From the NCBI GenBank assembly GCA_031285625.1, contig JAITVV010000056.1, positions 32,001 to 96,000 on the forward strand: a DNA stretch of 64,000 bases. The letters are read 5' to 3'. Both the position numbers and the translations under genes were made by a program. How positions within the stretch are numbered: position 1 is the first letter of the stretch; the number at the start of each line of letters is the position of its first letter. The notes beneath the pieces are model-generated. The model ran no database searches and had not been told where the DNA came from. It saw nothing but the letters and a program-made list of their open reading frames with translations. This stretch comes from Prevotella sp. Lineage in GTDB: Bacteria; Bacteroidota; Bacteroidia; Bacteroidales; Dysgonomonadaceae. This document shows, piece by piece, positions 39,190 to 50,178 of this stretch.

Positions 39190-40599
39190 TTATCTTTTCA
39201 CCAATAGTACCACATTCTCAACATGATGCGTATGTGGAAACATATCTACCGGCTGCACCTTTTTAACTTTGTATTTCTCATCGAGTAATGCAAGATCACG
39301 TGCCTGAGTAGCCGGATTACAGCTTACATATACTATACGATCAGGTTCCGCAAAAAGAATAGTCCTGATCACATCATCGTGCATCCCTGCACGCGGCGGG
39401 TCGGTTATGATTACATCAGGTCGCCCATGTTCATTGATAAAATCCTGTGTAAGTATATCTTTCATGTCTCCGGCATAAAACAGTGTATTATCAACATTAT
39501 TATTTTGTGAATTGAATTTTGCATCTTCAATAGCATCCTCCACATATTCTATCCCTACCACCTTCTTTGCCTTACGAGCTATAAAGTTAGCAATTGTACC
39601 TGTACCTGTATAAAGATCATATACTAGTTCATTTCCGGTTAGTCCGGCAAAATCTCGCGCTATTTTATATAAATTATAAGCCTGTTCACTATTAGTCTGA
39701 TAGAAAGACTTAGGTCCAATTTTAAACTTCAGCCCTTCCATTTCTTCATATATAAAGTCATTACCTTTCCATATCAGAACTTCTTGATCGGTAATTGTAT
39801 CATTAGCTTTTTGATTTATAATATAAAGGAGGGAAGTTATATCCGGGAATTTATCAGCAATAGCACTTAGTAAATCTTCATGCTGCTCTTTTTCATTATC
39901 GTAGAATACAACAATAACCATCAGTTCGCCTGTAGTGGATGTACGCACAATCATGTTACGCATCAGCCCTCCCCTGTTTCTCAAGTCAAAGAAGGTATAA
40001 CCCTTATCATAACAATACTGGCGCACAAAATTCCTTATCCGGTTAGAAATATCATCCTGCAACCAACATTTATTTATGTCAAGTACTTTATCAAACATAC
40101 CCGGAATATGGAAGCCTAAAGCATTCATATTATCAAAGCTTTCTCCTGAGTGAATCTGCTCTAATGTTAGCCATCTCTTATTTGAAAAGGTAAACTCCAG
40201 CTTATTACGATAAAATTGAGTTTTTTCCGAACCTAATATCGGTTGAATTTCAGGCAGCTCAATTTTGCCAATCCTTACCAGATTATCTTCAACCTGTTTT
40301 TGCTTAAACTTTAGCTGTTCTGCATATGGTAATATTTGCCATTTGCATCCGCCACAGATACCAAAATGTTCACAAAATGCCTCAACCCTATTGGGTGAAT
40401 AAGAAACAAACCTGACGGGTTTTCCTTCAGCATATTTATTCTTTTTACGTGTAATCTGCAAATCAATCACATCCCCCGGAACAACATATGGTATGAAAAC
40501 AACCATGTCATTTACTTTAGCGATTGCCTTACCTTCAGCAGCAATATCTACGATTTCAACATTCTCTATAAGAGGAAGTTCTTTTTTCTTTCGGCTCAT
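39190..40599 (-). CDS. rlmD: 23S rRNA (uracil-1939-C5)-methyltransferase
   Basis: TRAM domain, CEHFGICGGC Fe-S motif, SFYQTN, DLYTGTG, DPPRAG, YVSCNPAT, DMFPHTHHVE. Confidence 0.95.
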   Translation of the reverse strand: MSRKKKELPLIENVEIVDIAAEGKAIAKVNDMVVFIPYVVPGDVIDLQITRKKNKYAEGKPVRFVSYSPNRVEAFCEHFGICGGCKWQILPYAEQLKFKQKQVEDNLVRIGKIELPEIQPILGSEKTQFYRNKLEFTFSNKRWLTLEQIHSGESFDNMNALGFHIPGMFDKVLDINKCWLQDDISNRIRNFVRQYCYDKGYTFFDLRNRGGLMRNMIVRTSTTGELMVIVVFYDNEKEQHEDLLSAIADKFPDITSLLYIINQKANDTITDQEVLIWKGNDFIYEEMEGLKFKIGPKSFYQTNSEQAYNLYKIARDFAGLTGNELVYDLYTGTGTIANFIARKAKKVVGIEYVEDAIEDAKFNSQNNNVDNTLFYAGDMKDILTQDFINEHGRPDVIITDPPRAGMHDDVIRTILFAEPDRIVYVSCNPATQARDLALLDEKYKVKKVQPVDMFPHTHHVENVVLLVKR

Positions 40600-40819
40600 T
40601 GATGTTTTTTTAGTTCTGAAACGAGTGTAAAGATAATGCTTTTTTAGTGTTTTCAGTTTTAAAAGAGACTAATGCATAGTTAATCCAATTGTTTTTGATT
40701 GCTTCACGTTTGAGGTAGGCAAACAACTTTCGTTATCTAAAATATTGTCCAATCTATTTTTTTAGTTAAAAATGCCATTTTATTAGATTTACATCGACTA
40801 ACATATAAAAAGCAGATAA

Positions 40820-41308
40820 ATGGGTAAAACTGAATTAGAAAAAACATTTATTGAGATGATCGGCAGAAACGAGCGGGTTATCTATAAAGTTTGCTCTTTT
40901 TATGTTTCGGATGAATTTCCTCTTGCAGACTTGTACCAAGAGGTCGTGAGCAATCTCTGGACAGCATTTCCACGGTTCAAATATGAAAGTTCTGTATCTA
41001 CGTGGATGTATCGGATAGCACTGAATACCTGTATATCAGGAATGCGAAAAGATATGAGGCGTCCCAAAGGGTCATCGGTATCAATATTACAGGATGCAAT
41101 TGCTGAACCTGAAACATTGAGCGATCAGATAAAAGAAATGTATCATTATATCTATCAGTTGAAAACTTTGGAACGTGCCGTTGTACTGCTTTATCTGGAA
41201 GAAAAATCATATCAGGAAATAGCTGATATCACGGGATTGACTGTAAGTAATGTGGCCACAAAGCTAAAGCGATCTAAAGAAAAACTAAAACAAATGTCGA
41301 ATCTTTAA
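40820..41308 (+). CDS. ECF RNA polymerase sigma factor
   Basis: DLYQEV, STWMYRIALNT, SYQEIADITG...VATKLKR. Confidence 0.93.
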   Translation: MGKTELEKTFIEMIGRNERVIYKVCSFYVSDEFPLADLYQEVVSNLWTAFPRFKYESSVSTWMYRIALNTCISGMRKDMRRPKGSSVSILQDAIAEPETLSDQIKEMYHYIYQLKTLERAVVLLYLEEKSYQEIADITGLTVSNVATKLKRSKEKLKQMSNL

Positions 41309-41318
41309 GTTTAGAAAA

Positions 41319-41912
41319 ATGGAACTGGATGAATTAAAAAATACATGGCAATCATTAGATGACCGCTTGCAAAAGCAAGAAGTTCTAAAAAGAAATATTA
41401 TGAAAGAGATGTTGTACACTAAATCGGATAAAGCCTTGAGCCGTTTATTCAATTATGAGATATTTGGTATTATAGTCTTATTGTTAGTGATCCCTGCTAT
41501 TATTTATGCACTCAACTTCCACCCGGACCTACCAGGATATAAGACATTCATGTATATTATGTTAGTTGTTGACATTGTATTTTTCTTTTGGCAGGTATAT
41601 AAAGTATATGGACTGATGCAAGTCGATTTCTCAAGAACGGTCAGTACTAATATACAGCATACTAATAAATATAATATACATATCAAAAAAGAAAAGCTGG
41701 TTATGTTATTCTTTGTACCTCTGGTCTTGCTTTCCTGTGCATTCTTATATGCCCGATTAAATGTAAATATAGTTTTGTGGACTTTTCTAACATGTACAGC
41801 TATTGGGCTGGTATTGTTAACTATATGGTCGTATAAGAAACTTTACGATAAAAATATTAAATCGATTCTTCAGAGCCTCGATAATCTGAAAGAACTGGAA
41901 GAGGAAGAATAA
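41319..41912 (+). CDS. Membrane protein, probable anti-sigma partner
   Basis: MELDELKNTW, four TM helices, directly downstream of ECF sigma. Confidence 0.75.
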   Translation: MELDELKNTWQSLDDRLQKQEVLKRNIMKEMLYTKSDKALSRLFNYEIFGIIVLLLVIPAIIYALNFHPDLPGYKTFMYIMLVVDIVFFFWQVYKVYGLMQVDFSRTVSTNIQHTNKYNIHIKKEKLVMLFFVPLVLLSCAFLYARLNVNIVLWTFLTCTAIGLVLLTIWSYKKLYDKNIKSILQSLDNLKELEEEE

Positions 41913-41928
41913 ATGCCGATTTATAGAT

Positions 41929-41966
41929 AAAAAGCCCAGTGAACAAAAAATTCGTTGGGCTTTTTT
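41929..41966 (+). terminator. Intrinsic terminator
   Basis: AAAAAGCCCAGTGAA...TTCGTTGGGCTTTTTT. Confidence 0.75.
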
Positions 41967-42058
41967 CTTAAATAATATCATATTTTTCATAAAAAAGCAC
42001 TAATCTTCAATAATACATGTATTTTTACGAAATCATTTTTACACTTAACTACTGCTTT

Positions 42059-44671
42059 ATGGAAGGAGCTATAATACTTTTCGTAATTATATTACTTATT
42101 GTCCTGTTTATTTTACCTGCTATAACATTAGGGAAAATAGGCGCATTAGAGAATCGGATTGACCGTCTGGCTAATGATATCAACAACCAGAACAAAAAAG
42201 GTTCGGAATTATCAAAAAAGCCTAAATCAATAGATGATACAATAGAAATTCTTGCTGCTATAAATGAGCTGAAGAATGAAATTTCTAAATTACAGGTGGT
42301 AGAAACCATCAAGCCAGAGAAAGAAGATAAGGCGCCAGAAGAGCCTGTAATAAAGGAAGAAATAAAAGAATCTGTACCGGAGGCGACCGAATTGCCTATT
42401 CCTGAAGAAATTGTTAAACAGATACCAGAGCAAATACCTGAAGAGATAACACCTTCGGAAGTAGTGGTTGAAGAAAAGGAAGAAATAGTAACCGAAGAAC
42501 TTCCTGTGATAGATGAGCTTCCACAGGAGGAAACACCCCCGCCATTTGCTGCAATTAAACGTACTGAAGAGTCAAAACCTATAATTGTAGAAACTGAAAC
42601 TCCCCCTCCATATAAGCCTGCACCTACAGAAGAAATATACGATGAGCGCAATTTCTTCGAAAAGATAATGGGAGAAAACTGGCTTAGTAAAGTTGGTATC
42701 ATTACCTTGGTATTAGGCATTGCTTTTTTTGTTAAGTATGCCATTGATCAGGAATGGATCAACGAAGTCGGACGTGTAGGTATAGGCTTGCTTACCGGTG
42801 GTATCATCATTGGTATTGCCCACAAATTGAAATCAAAATATCATGTATTCTCATCCATTCTTGTAGGCGGTGGTATCTCTGTTTTTTATATAACGATCAC
42901 GCTTGCATTCCGGGAATATGAACTGTTTAGCCAAACGGTTGCTTTCATATTATTGATTGGAGTAACAATATTCTCTGTGATTTTATCCCTTTATTATGAC
43001 CGGAAAGAACTGGCAATATTCTCTCTGCTGGGTGGATTTGCCTCGCCATTAATGGTTAGCTCGGGAGATGGAAATTATATTGTCCTGTTCTCATATATAC
43101 TGATCTTAAATTCAGGTATGCTGGCTATATCTTTCATTAAGAAATGGCGCATTATAGGAATTATATGCTATGTATTGACATTGTCCTTTTTCTGGATATG
43201 GGTACTGCGGTCCTTCGATACACAATTTATCAGTGCTACAGTATTTGCTGCCCTCTTCTTTATTCAGTTTTATCTATTGGCTCTGTTCGACCATTTCAAA
43301 TCAGGGAATAAGATCACTCCATATCAGGCTGTACTGATTCTATCTAATAACTTATCCTTCTTCTTAGCATGCCTGTATGTATTTAATGATTATCCTTACG
43401 ATGTAAGAGGTATAGTAACAATATCTATTGCAGTAGTAAACGCGCTGGTTATGCTTACTCTGTTCCGTAAGAGTGAAGTTGACAGGAATCTGATTTATCT
43501 TATTATAGCTGTGGTTATGACCTTTGTCAGCTTAGCTATACCAATCCAACTACATGGACACGTGATCACAATGTTTTGGGCGGCGGAAATGGTAGTATTA
43601 CTCCTGTTATGGCAAAGATCACAGATCGCCATATTCAGAATCGGCTTTATTATTATCAGTGGATTAACCATCGTATCTTATATTATTGATATAGATCATA
43701 GTTATTCGTACGATCTGGCACTAACAATTGTACTAAACAGAATATTTATTACAGGCCTGGTGGTTATGGCTGCTTTCGGATTAGTATCATTCTTTTTGAA
43801 GAAGGAAGATCCAGATTCTATAGTTGAAATACGGGGTATAGAAACATTCTCGGTAGGAGCTATCATTAAAGTATTCAGAGTACTGATTATTGCCCTGTCT
43901 TTTATAGTACCTTTCCTGGAGCTGAATTATCAATTAGAGCGATTTACAGATATAGATTATACTTCAAGTTTCAGATATCTGGCTATGGCAACATATACGT
44001 TCTTGTATATAATGATACTGGCTGTTATTTACCGAAAAAAGTTTTCGGGAGCACTTGTATTTATGCAGTTCTTTGTCGCTGTATTTTTCTATGCGGTTGT
44101 ATACTCCTATTTAGCAGTAGAGTTGCGTTACGATATTTTCCAGATGGAAGAGTACAATACATCTTATTTCCTTTTGCATCTGCTTTCGTTACCTACTGTT
44201 GCCTTTATTATCTATTTATTGGCCAAGAATGTAAAATCTTTACCTGAAGATTGGTTCGCTCCTATTTGTTGGGGATTGGTAATTTTGTCAGTCGCAATTT
44301 TAAGCATTGAGACAGATCATATAATCATTATGTTATTCAACGGAATGGATAATTATGATAGCCTCTTATATGATGTGCATACATTCGGATACCCTATACT
44401 ATGGGGCATTCTAGCTATGATACTAATGGTGTGGGGACTGAAAAGAAAGGAAGTGCTATTACGCAAGATTTCTTTAATCTTCTTTGGTGTTATTATAGTA
44501 AAATTCTATGCATATGACGTTTGGCATATGTCGCAAGCAGGACGTATTGTCTCGTTTGTATTGCTCGGTGTTATTCTACTATTGGTATCTTTCCTTCAGC
44601 AAAAGATAAAAACATTGGTTAAGGATGACGAGGCGGATAAAATAGAAGAAGATAATTTTAAACAAGATTAA
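42059..44671 (+). CDS. DUF2339 family multi-pass membrane protein
   Basis: Pro/Glu-rich linker then FEKIMGENWLSKVG, FFVKYAI, many TM, KFYAYD...GRIVSF. Confidence 0.88.
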   Translation: MEGAIILFVIILLIVLFILPAITLGKIGALENRIDRLANDINNQNKKGSELSKKPKSIDDTIEILAAINELKNEISKLQVVETIKPEKEDKAPEEPVIKEEIKESVPEATELPIPEEIVKQIPEQIPEEITPSEVVVEEKEEIVTEELPVIDELPQEETPPPFAAIKRTEESKPIIVETETPPPYKPAPTEEIYDERNFFEKIMGENWLSKVGIITLVLGIAFFVKYAIDQEWINEVGRVGIGLLTGGIIIGIAHKLKSKYHVFSSILVGGGISVFYITITLAFREYELFSQTVAFILLIGVTIFSVILSLYYDRKELAIFSLLGGFASPLMVSSGDGNYIVLFSYILILNSGMLAISFIKKWRIIGIICYVLTLSFFWIWVLRSFDTQFISATVFAALFFIQFYLLALFDHFKSGNKITPYQAVLILSNNLSFFLACLYVFNDYPYDVRGIVTISIAVVNALVMLTLFRKSEVDRNLIYLIIAVVMTFVSLAIPIQLHGHVITMFWAAEMVVLLLLWQRSQIAIFRIGFIIISGLTIVSYIIDIDHSYSYDLALTIVLNRIFITGLVVMAAFGLVSFFLKKEDPDSIVEIRGIETFSVGAIIKVFRVLIIALSFIVPFLELNYQLERFTDIDYTSSFRYLAMATYTFLYIMILAVIYRKKFSGALVFMQFFVAVFFYAVVYSYLAVELRYDIFQMEEYNTSYFLLHLLSLPTVAFIIYLLAKNVKSLPEDWFAPICWGLVILSVAILSIETDHIIIMLFNGMDNYDSLLYDVHTFGYPILWGILAMILMVWGLKRKEVLLRKISLIFFGVIIVKFYAYDVWHMSQAGRIVSFVLLGVILLLVSFLQQKIKTLVKDDEADKIEEDNFKQD

Positions 44672-44675
44672 TAGT

Positions 44676-45887
44676 ATGAAAAAATATATTTCTATCTGTT
44701 TATTTATCCTATATACAACGGTTGGTTACGCTCAATCTGTATGGCAGGGTGATTTACAATCTGTTGATACGAGCGGCTATTATAATATCGAACTCGACCA
44801 ATATGCTATAGCTCATTCCAAAGATATTGAGCTAACTGATATTAGAGTTCTGGATAAAGATAATAAAGAAGTACCTTATTTCCTCAGATCGGTAAGTCCT
44901 GTTCAGGAAATAGCTCGATTTAAAAGTTATGACCTGAAAAATAACTCAATAAGAGATAGTCTGAATGTTATTGTCGTAGATAATAATAAGAAAGAAAATA
45001 TAAAGCGCTTTTATATTGTTGTCAAAGCCGCGGATGTCAATAAATATGCCACAGTAAGAGGGAGCGACGACCTAAAAAATTGGTATATAGTAAAACAAAA
45101 AACGAGTATTTCAAATTTGAGCTACAATCAGTCTGATAGCGAAGAGATTTTGGTTCTCGATTTTCCTTCTGGTAATTACACATATTATGAAATAACTCTA
45201 GAGAGTAATCAAGGCAGCCCGTTAGATATAATAAAAGTCGGAAAAATAGAGAATTCTAGTATTTATGCGCAATTCACAAAGATCAATCTGGGTAGGTTTA
45301 TTTCTGAGGAAAAGGAAGATAAAAAGACATATCTTCGTTTTCCGGAACAACAAGAAGTATATCGCGTGAATAAGCTCGAATTTAAAGTTAATAGTAGTGC
45401 ATATTATCTCCGTCATGTCTCGGTAATAGATACTATCAGTGGAAAACGAATAGGTTTTGATCTATCCTCCAAAAGTGACAATTCTTTTTTCGTTAATAAC
45501 TTTCCATTAGGTAAACATACAGTTATTACAATTGAAAACAATAACAATCCTCCACTAACAATCGATTCAATCAGAGTCTATGGACTCAATCGTTATTTAT
45601 GTGCTTATCTGGAACAAGGTAAGGAATATTGTATAAATATTGGTGTAAAGAATATGGCTCTGCCTAAATATGATATTGAACATTTTCAGGCTGATATTCC
45701 AGTGGATCTACCTATTCTTAAGGTTAGCAATCTGCATGGGATTCCTGATGAAGAAGTCATCACTCCTAAACGGGAATTATCTTTGATAGAACGACCCGTT
45801 TTCTTATGGGGCGTAATCATTGTAATAGGACTTTTCCTTACATTCATTTGTGTAAAAATGCTAAAGGAAATGAAGAAAAAAAAGTAA
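44676..45887 (+). CDS. Exported protein with C-terminal TM (DUF3999-like partner of DUF2339)
   Basis: Signal peptide, DIRV.D...EVPY, IENNNNPPL, PKYDI, C-terminal TM. Confidence 0.7.
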   Translation: MKKYISICLFILYTTVGYAQSVWQGDLQSVDTSGYYNIELDQYAIAHSKDIELTDIRVLDKDNKEVPYFLRSVSPVQEIARFKSYDLKNNSIRDSLNVIVVDNNKKENIKRFYIVVKAADVNKYATVRGSDDLKNWYIVKQKTSISNLSYNQSDSEEILVLDFPSGNYTYYEITLESNQGSPLDIIKVGKIENSSIYAQFTKINLGRFISEEKEDKKTYLRFPEQQEVYRVNKLEFKVNSSAYYLRHVSVIDTISGKRIGFDLSSKSDNSFFVNNFPLGKHTVITIENNNNPPLTIDSIRVYGLNRYLCAYLEQGKEYCINIGVKNMALPKYDIEHFQADIPVDLPILKVSNLHGIPDEEVITPKRELSLIERPVFLWGVIIVIGLFLTFICVKMLKEMKKKK

Positions 45888-45961
45888 TTACACATACTTT
45901 TCTTCTAAATAAAAAATCCCCAGACTGGCTAGCCTGAGGATTTCTATTTATATTCTTATAA

Positions 45962-47464
45962 TTAAGATCCTATTTTCTTTGCATCTAGTTTGCTCACCAC
46001 ACGGGCATATATAATAAGGGCAATTGCAGAGACTAGCCCAATAGCAAAAAATACATACCACAAGTAATGTGCATTTGCAGTAGCAGCTGCATAATCTGCT
46101 GCAAAATTAGTAGAATTGGCAAATCGCTCTGACAATGGATCAGGGCAGAAAGCCTCTAATAAGAATCCGGCCACAATAAAGCTCACCAAAGAAGACACAA
46201 ATGAGTGAAGATGGCTAAATCCGAGATATAGTCCTTCTTCTCCTTTTGGCGACTGTAATGAAAAATATTCAAGGAAACGCGGGGATATAAAGCATTCGGC
46301 TAGGGCCTGGAATGCAATACCAATAATCAGCATAAGTGTTACAGGATGTATTGTTGTTAATCCAAAAACAGATATAAGATCACCTCCCATCAAATTACCA
46401 AAAGACATAATCAGTGCCGATATAGGTATAATAAACATACCTACCATGATAGAAGCCAGTGGCGACCGTTTCTTCATTATTGTAGTTACCAGATTTACCA
46501 ATAGGAATACCACAAAAGGATTTACATTGGCAATCCATCCTGGAGATGCGTCCTGCCCTACCATGCGGATCACATACTTAGGCATAGATGCATACATCTG
46601 CTGCTGAACAATCCAAAATCCGCTGGTAATAAGAATTAATGCAACAAGCCGTCCATTCTTACAAACTTTTATCAAAGCCTCCCATATCTCAGAAAGACTT
46701 TTGCCTTGTCCTGCCGTTTGTGTCGATCTATACATGAAGAAGACAACAACTAAGGCAATTAATGTCATTGTTCCCGAAAAATAATTTAAATAAACAAGCC
46801 CTTGGTCTCCTATACTCTTACGAAGCGGGTCAACTACTGTTTTTCCTGTAAAAGCACCAATATTCACCATCATGTAAAAGATAGCAAAACCTCTTGCCCT
46901 GGTTTCTGATGTTGTCTCCTTGGCTACAGTACCCGATATCACCGACTTAATAAATGCTCCGCCTACAACAATAAAAAGCAGAATAGGAACTATTGTCCAC
47001 TGTTGAACGCTTTCTCTCAGTCCTGTAAATGTAGTATAGCGATCAAAATTGCCAACCCCTATCCATTTAAAGAAAGAACGGAAAGTAGCTATAATACTAC
47101 CTTCATTGACCTCTGTCAGATCCTGATTTAATCCTACTGCATTTGCAGCACCATATTCTACCAAGCCGGCGCTCTCCAGTAAAGTAGGAATAAGTCCTAA
47201 ACCAAAATATCCGATGGTAAGCAGAGTAAATGCTATCATTATAGCCTTTCTAAAGCCTATCTTATCAGAATATGCACCTACAAAAGTCGGAAGAAAATAA
47301 AGCAATGCGGAGAATGAACCCGCAATGATACCTGCCTCAACATCATTGAAGCCCCAAACATTTGAAAGATATAGAGTTAGTGAAATAAAAATTGCATAGT
47401 ATGCCAGCCGCTCCAACAGTTCAACGGTGTTGGCGACCCAAAACGCTCTGGAAAATTTAGCCAT
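45962..47464 (-). CDS. MFS transporter, POT/PTR peptide family
   Basis: ELLERLAYY (ExxERxxYY), GFAIFYMMVNIG, 12 TM. Confidence 0.88.
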   Translation of the reverse strand: MAKFSRAFWVANTVELLERLAYYAIFISLTLYLSNVWGFNDVEAGIIAGSFSALLYFLPTFVGAYSDKIGFRKAIMIAFTLLTIGYFGLGLIPTLLESAGLVEYGAANAVGLNQDLTEVNEGSIIATFRSFFKWIGVGNFDRYTTFTGLRESVQQWTIVPILLFIVVGGAFIKSVISGTVAKETTSETRARGFAIFYMMVNIGAFTGKTVVDPLRKSIGDQGLVYLNYFSGTMTLIALVVVFFMYRSTQTAGQGKSLSEIWEALIKVCKNGRLVALILITSGFWIVQQQMYASMPKYVIRMVGQDASPGWIANVNPFVVFLLVNLVTTIMKKRSPLASIMVGMFIIPISALIMSFGNLMGGDLISVFGLTTIHPVTLMLIIGIAFQALAECFISPRFLEYFSLQSPKGEEGLYLGFSHLHSFVSSLVSFIVAGFLLEAFCPDPLSERFANSTNFAADYAAATANAHYLWYVFFAIGLVSAIALIIYARVVSKLDAKKIGS

Positions 47465-47556
47465 TAGATTCTTTAGAATTGTTAAAATTTAGTCGAATTG
47501 CCACAAAAATAAGAAAATTATCCGGTTTACAAAGACTCAACACTGTCTCTATGACA

Positions 47557-48708
47557 CTATTCAACCTTTTTTAACTCAATGCAAAAGGTTGTCCCCACAC
47601 CTATTTCGGAATATTTTACATAAATCCGACCTTTATGATATGATTCAATTATGCGTTTTGCAAGGGAGAGCCCTAACCCCCACCCCCTAGATTTAGTAGT
47701 ATAGCCGGGATTGAAAATTGTTCTGTATTTTGATTTTGGGAGCCCCTTACCTGTATCTTGTATATCTAAAGATACCATCTTACCCTTAGCTGTAAAAGTA
47801 AAGGTGATTTTCCCCTGTCCACCCATTGCATCTACCGCATTTTTCGTCAGATTCTCTATTACCCAACTTAATAACGGCTCACTCACTTCTACATATAAAG
47901 GAGCGTCAGGTAATTCCATAATAAAAGAAACTTTTTTGGATATTCGTTTTTCAAGGTAAGTTATTGATTGTTGAACTATATTTGCCAAATCCTCACGTTC
48001 CAAAGTTGGGGTTGAACCGATCTTGGAAAAACGGTCTGTAATCATTTGCAACCGATTTACATCTTTTTCCATGTCCATTATAACAGATACATCGGATTCT
48101 TTTAGCTTCAAATATTCCAACCATGCTAGTAGTGATGAAATAGGAGTACCAAGTTGATGTGCCGTTTCCTTAGAAAGTCCTACCCACAAGCGATCCTGCT
48201 CCATCTTCATCGTTGTAAATAATGAAAAAAAAGCAGTAATCATAAAAATAAACAGTACTCCTAGCTGAATATATGGATACAACTGAAGTTTTTTTAAGGT
48301 GTAAGAATCATCATAATAAACATATTGATCAAAATCCTCAGCCTCAATAATTATAGGTTCATGGTTTCGCTGAAAGCTATCTGCTCTTTTCTTAAGAAAT
48401 TCCTGATCATCTGTTCCAGGTAATTCGATATTTGCGGAAGTATAATTATTTTCTTTCTTATCGTATAATATTACAGGAATAGTTGTATTACTCGTCAAAA
48501 TCTGCGCTACCAGATTCATATTGAGATTTTCAGCATTGCTGGCCATCTCTTTTGTAGCCTCCGCCCAGATTTCAATTTTATTTCGTTCTTCCTTGGATAA
48601 ATCCTTCACCAGATAATGAGAAACAAGAAGTGATACGAAAACTATAACAATAGCTATCACTATAAAAAGGTATCTGAAAAATAACCTATTGTTCTCAAAT
48701 AATTTCAT
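47557..48708 (-). CDS. Sensor histidine kinase
   Basis: ETAHQLGTP H-box, ENLTKNAVDAM, DTGKG, GWGLGL. Confidence 0.93.
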   Translation of the reverse strand: MKLFENNRLFFRYLFIVIAIVIVFVSLLVSHYLVKDLSKEERNKIEIWAEATKEMASNAENLNMNLVAQILTSNTTIPVILYDKKENNYTSANIELPGTDDQEFLKKRADSFQRNHEPIIIEAEDFDQYVYYDDSYTLKKLQLYPYIQLGVLFIFMITAFFSLFTTMKMEQDRLWVGLSKETAHQLGTPISSLLAWLEYLKLKESDVSVIMDMEKDVNRLQMITDRFSKIGSTPTLEREDLANIVQQSITYLEKRISKKVSFIMELPDAPLYVEVSEPLLSWVIENLTKNAVDAMGGQGKITFTFTAKGKMVSLDIQDTGKGLPKSKYRTIFNPGYTTKSRGWGLGLSLAKRIIESYHKGRIYVKYSEIGVGTTFCIELKKVE

Positions 48709-48831
48709 ACGATAAAGATAATTGTTTTATTATTTTTAGACCTGATCTTCGCTTAATAATCAATTTATGTTAAAGATATATTCATTATCTTTGTTTGTAA
48801 CTCTTATATCTTAAAACGAAAAACTTTTGAA

Positions 48832-49977
48832 ATGAATATACAAAAAAGCATTTTAACATCCGGATTTCTATTATTCCTTATCATCGTACTTATGTCTTGT
48901 AAACAAGAAGGAAAATATCAAGCTTTCACTCCCGGAGAGTTGTGGTTGGACAACAATAATGTGCATATCAATGCCCATGGCGGGGGTATTCTATATGATA
49001 ATGGCACATATTACTGGTTTGGAGAACATAAGACCGAAGGCGAAAACGGAAATCTGGCAAATGTAGGAGTTCATTGTTATTCATCAAAGGATTTGTATAA
49101 CTGGACAGACGAAGGAATTGCCCTATCTGTAATTGAAGCCGATTCTACACATGACATAGCTAAAGGCTGTATACTGGAACGTCCCAAAGTAATCCATAAT
49201 AAGAAAACAAAAAAATATATTATGTATTTTCATCTTGAGCCAAAGGGCCAGGGATATGAAGGGGCGCGTAGTGGCATTGCTATCAGTGACAAAGCAACAG
49301 GACCATATTCATACATACGTTCTGTTCGCCCAAATGCAGGACATTGGCCATTCAACGCTCCGGAAATACTAACCAAAGGTCCTGTCAGGGTAGAGGGAGC
49401 CATATTTACAGGAGGATCATTATCTGCTCCGGCTGATTCGCTCAATATATTAGGACGCGATATGCAAGGCGGACAGATGGCACGGGATATGACATTATTT
49501 GTAGACGATGATGGAACAGCCTATCATATATATTCATCTGAAGAAAACAGTACACTGCATATTGCTCAGCTTACCGAAGACTACCTTGACTATGCAGATA
49601 AATACGCGCGTTTCTTTCCCGATCGTTTCATGGAGGCGCCAGCCATTTTCAAGAAGGATGAAAAATATTACCTTATGGCCTCGGGGTGTACAGGCTGGGC
49701 TCCAAATGAGGCCAGATCAGCAGTCGCCAAATCCATATGGGGCCCATGGACCGAATTAGGCAATCCATGCATAGGCATAGATGCAGACCTCACCTTTCAT
49801 TCACAAAGCACATATATACTACCGATACAAGGTAAAAATAGTCAATTTATCTATATGGGCGACAGATGGACACCAAACGACGCCATTGATGGCAGATATA
49901 TCTGGTTGCCGATAAAATTTGAAGGAGATAAATTCACTATCGAGTGGAAAGATTCATGGATTCTTAATGATTTATAA
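48832..49977 (+). CDS. Glycoside hydrolase family 43 lipoprotein
   Basis: NAHGGG, YYWFGE, ERPKV, RDMTLFVDDDG, EAPA, YMGDRW; lipobox LMSC. Confidence 0.9.
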   Translation: MNIQKSILTSGFLLFLIIVLMSCKQEGKYQAFTPGELWLDNNNVHINAHGGGILYDNGTYYWFGEHKTEGENGNLANVGVHCYSSKDLYNWTDEGIALSVIEADSTHDIAKGCILERPKVIHNKKTKKYIMYFHLEPKGQGYEGARSGIAISDKATGPYSYIRSVRPNAGHWPFNAPEILTKGPVRVEGAIFTGGSLSAPADSLNILGRDMQGGQMARDMTLFVDDDGTAYHIYSSEENSTLHIAQLTEDYLDYADKYARFFPDRFMEAPAIFKKDEKYYLMASGCTGWAPNEARSAVAKSIWGPWTELGNPCIGIDADLTFHSQSTYILPIQGKNSQFIYMGDRWTPNDAIDGRYIWLPIKFEGDKFTIEWKDSWILNDL

Positions 49978-50178
49978 AAAAGAATCAAACCCTTTATCAT
50001 TTTTACACTTATCTGGTATTTCCTCTGTCTATTCGAACAGAGAATATGACATTTTTCTGTCAATTAAGACACCAGTCCGCTTAGTATTCGAAAATAATTA
50101 CAGAAAAGAGGCATATACAAATTATTAAAATAGTTACCTTTGTCAAATAATTTATTTACCTCATAATTTTACCCGTTT

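Noticed and set aside
42049-42744. 231-aa Ser-rich antisense ORF
   Set aside because: Shadow of the Glu/Pro-rich linker of the DUF2339 gene
47557-48708. Histidine kinase without adjacent response regulator
   Set aside because: Orphan kinases of this type are common in Bacteroidetes; nothing unusual in the sequence
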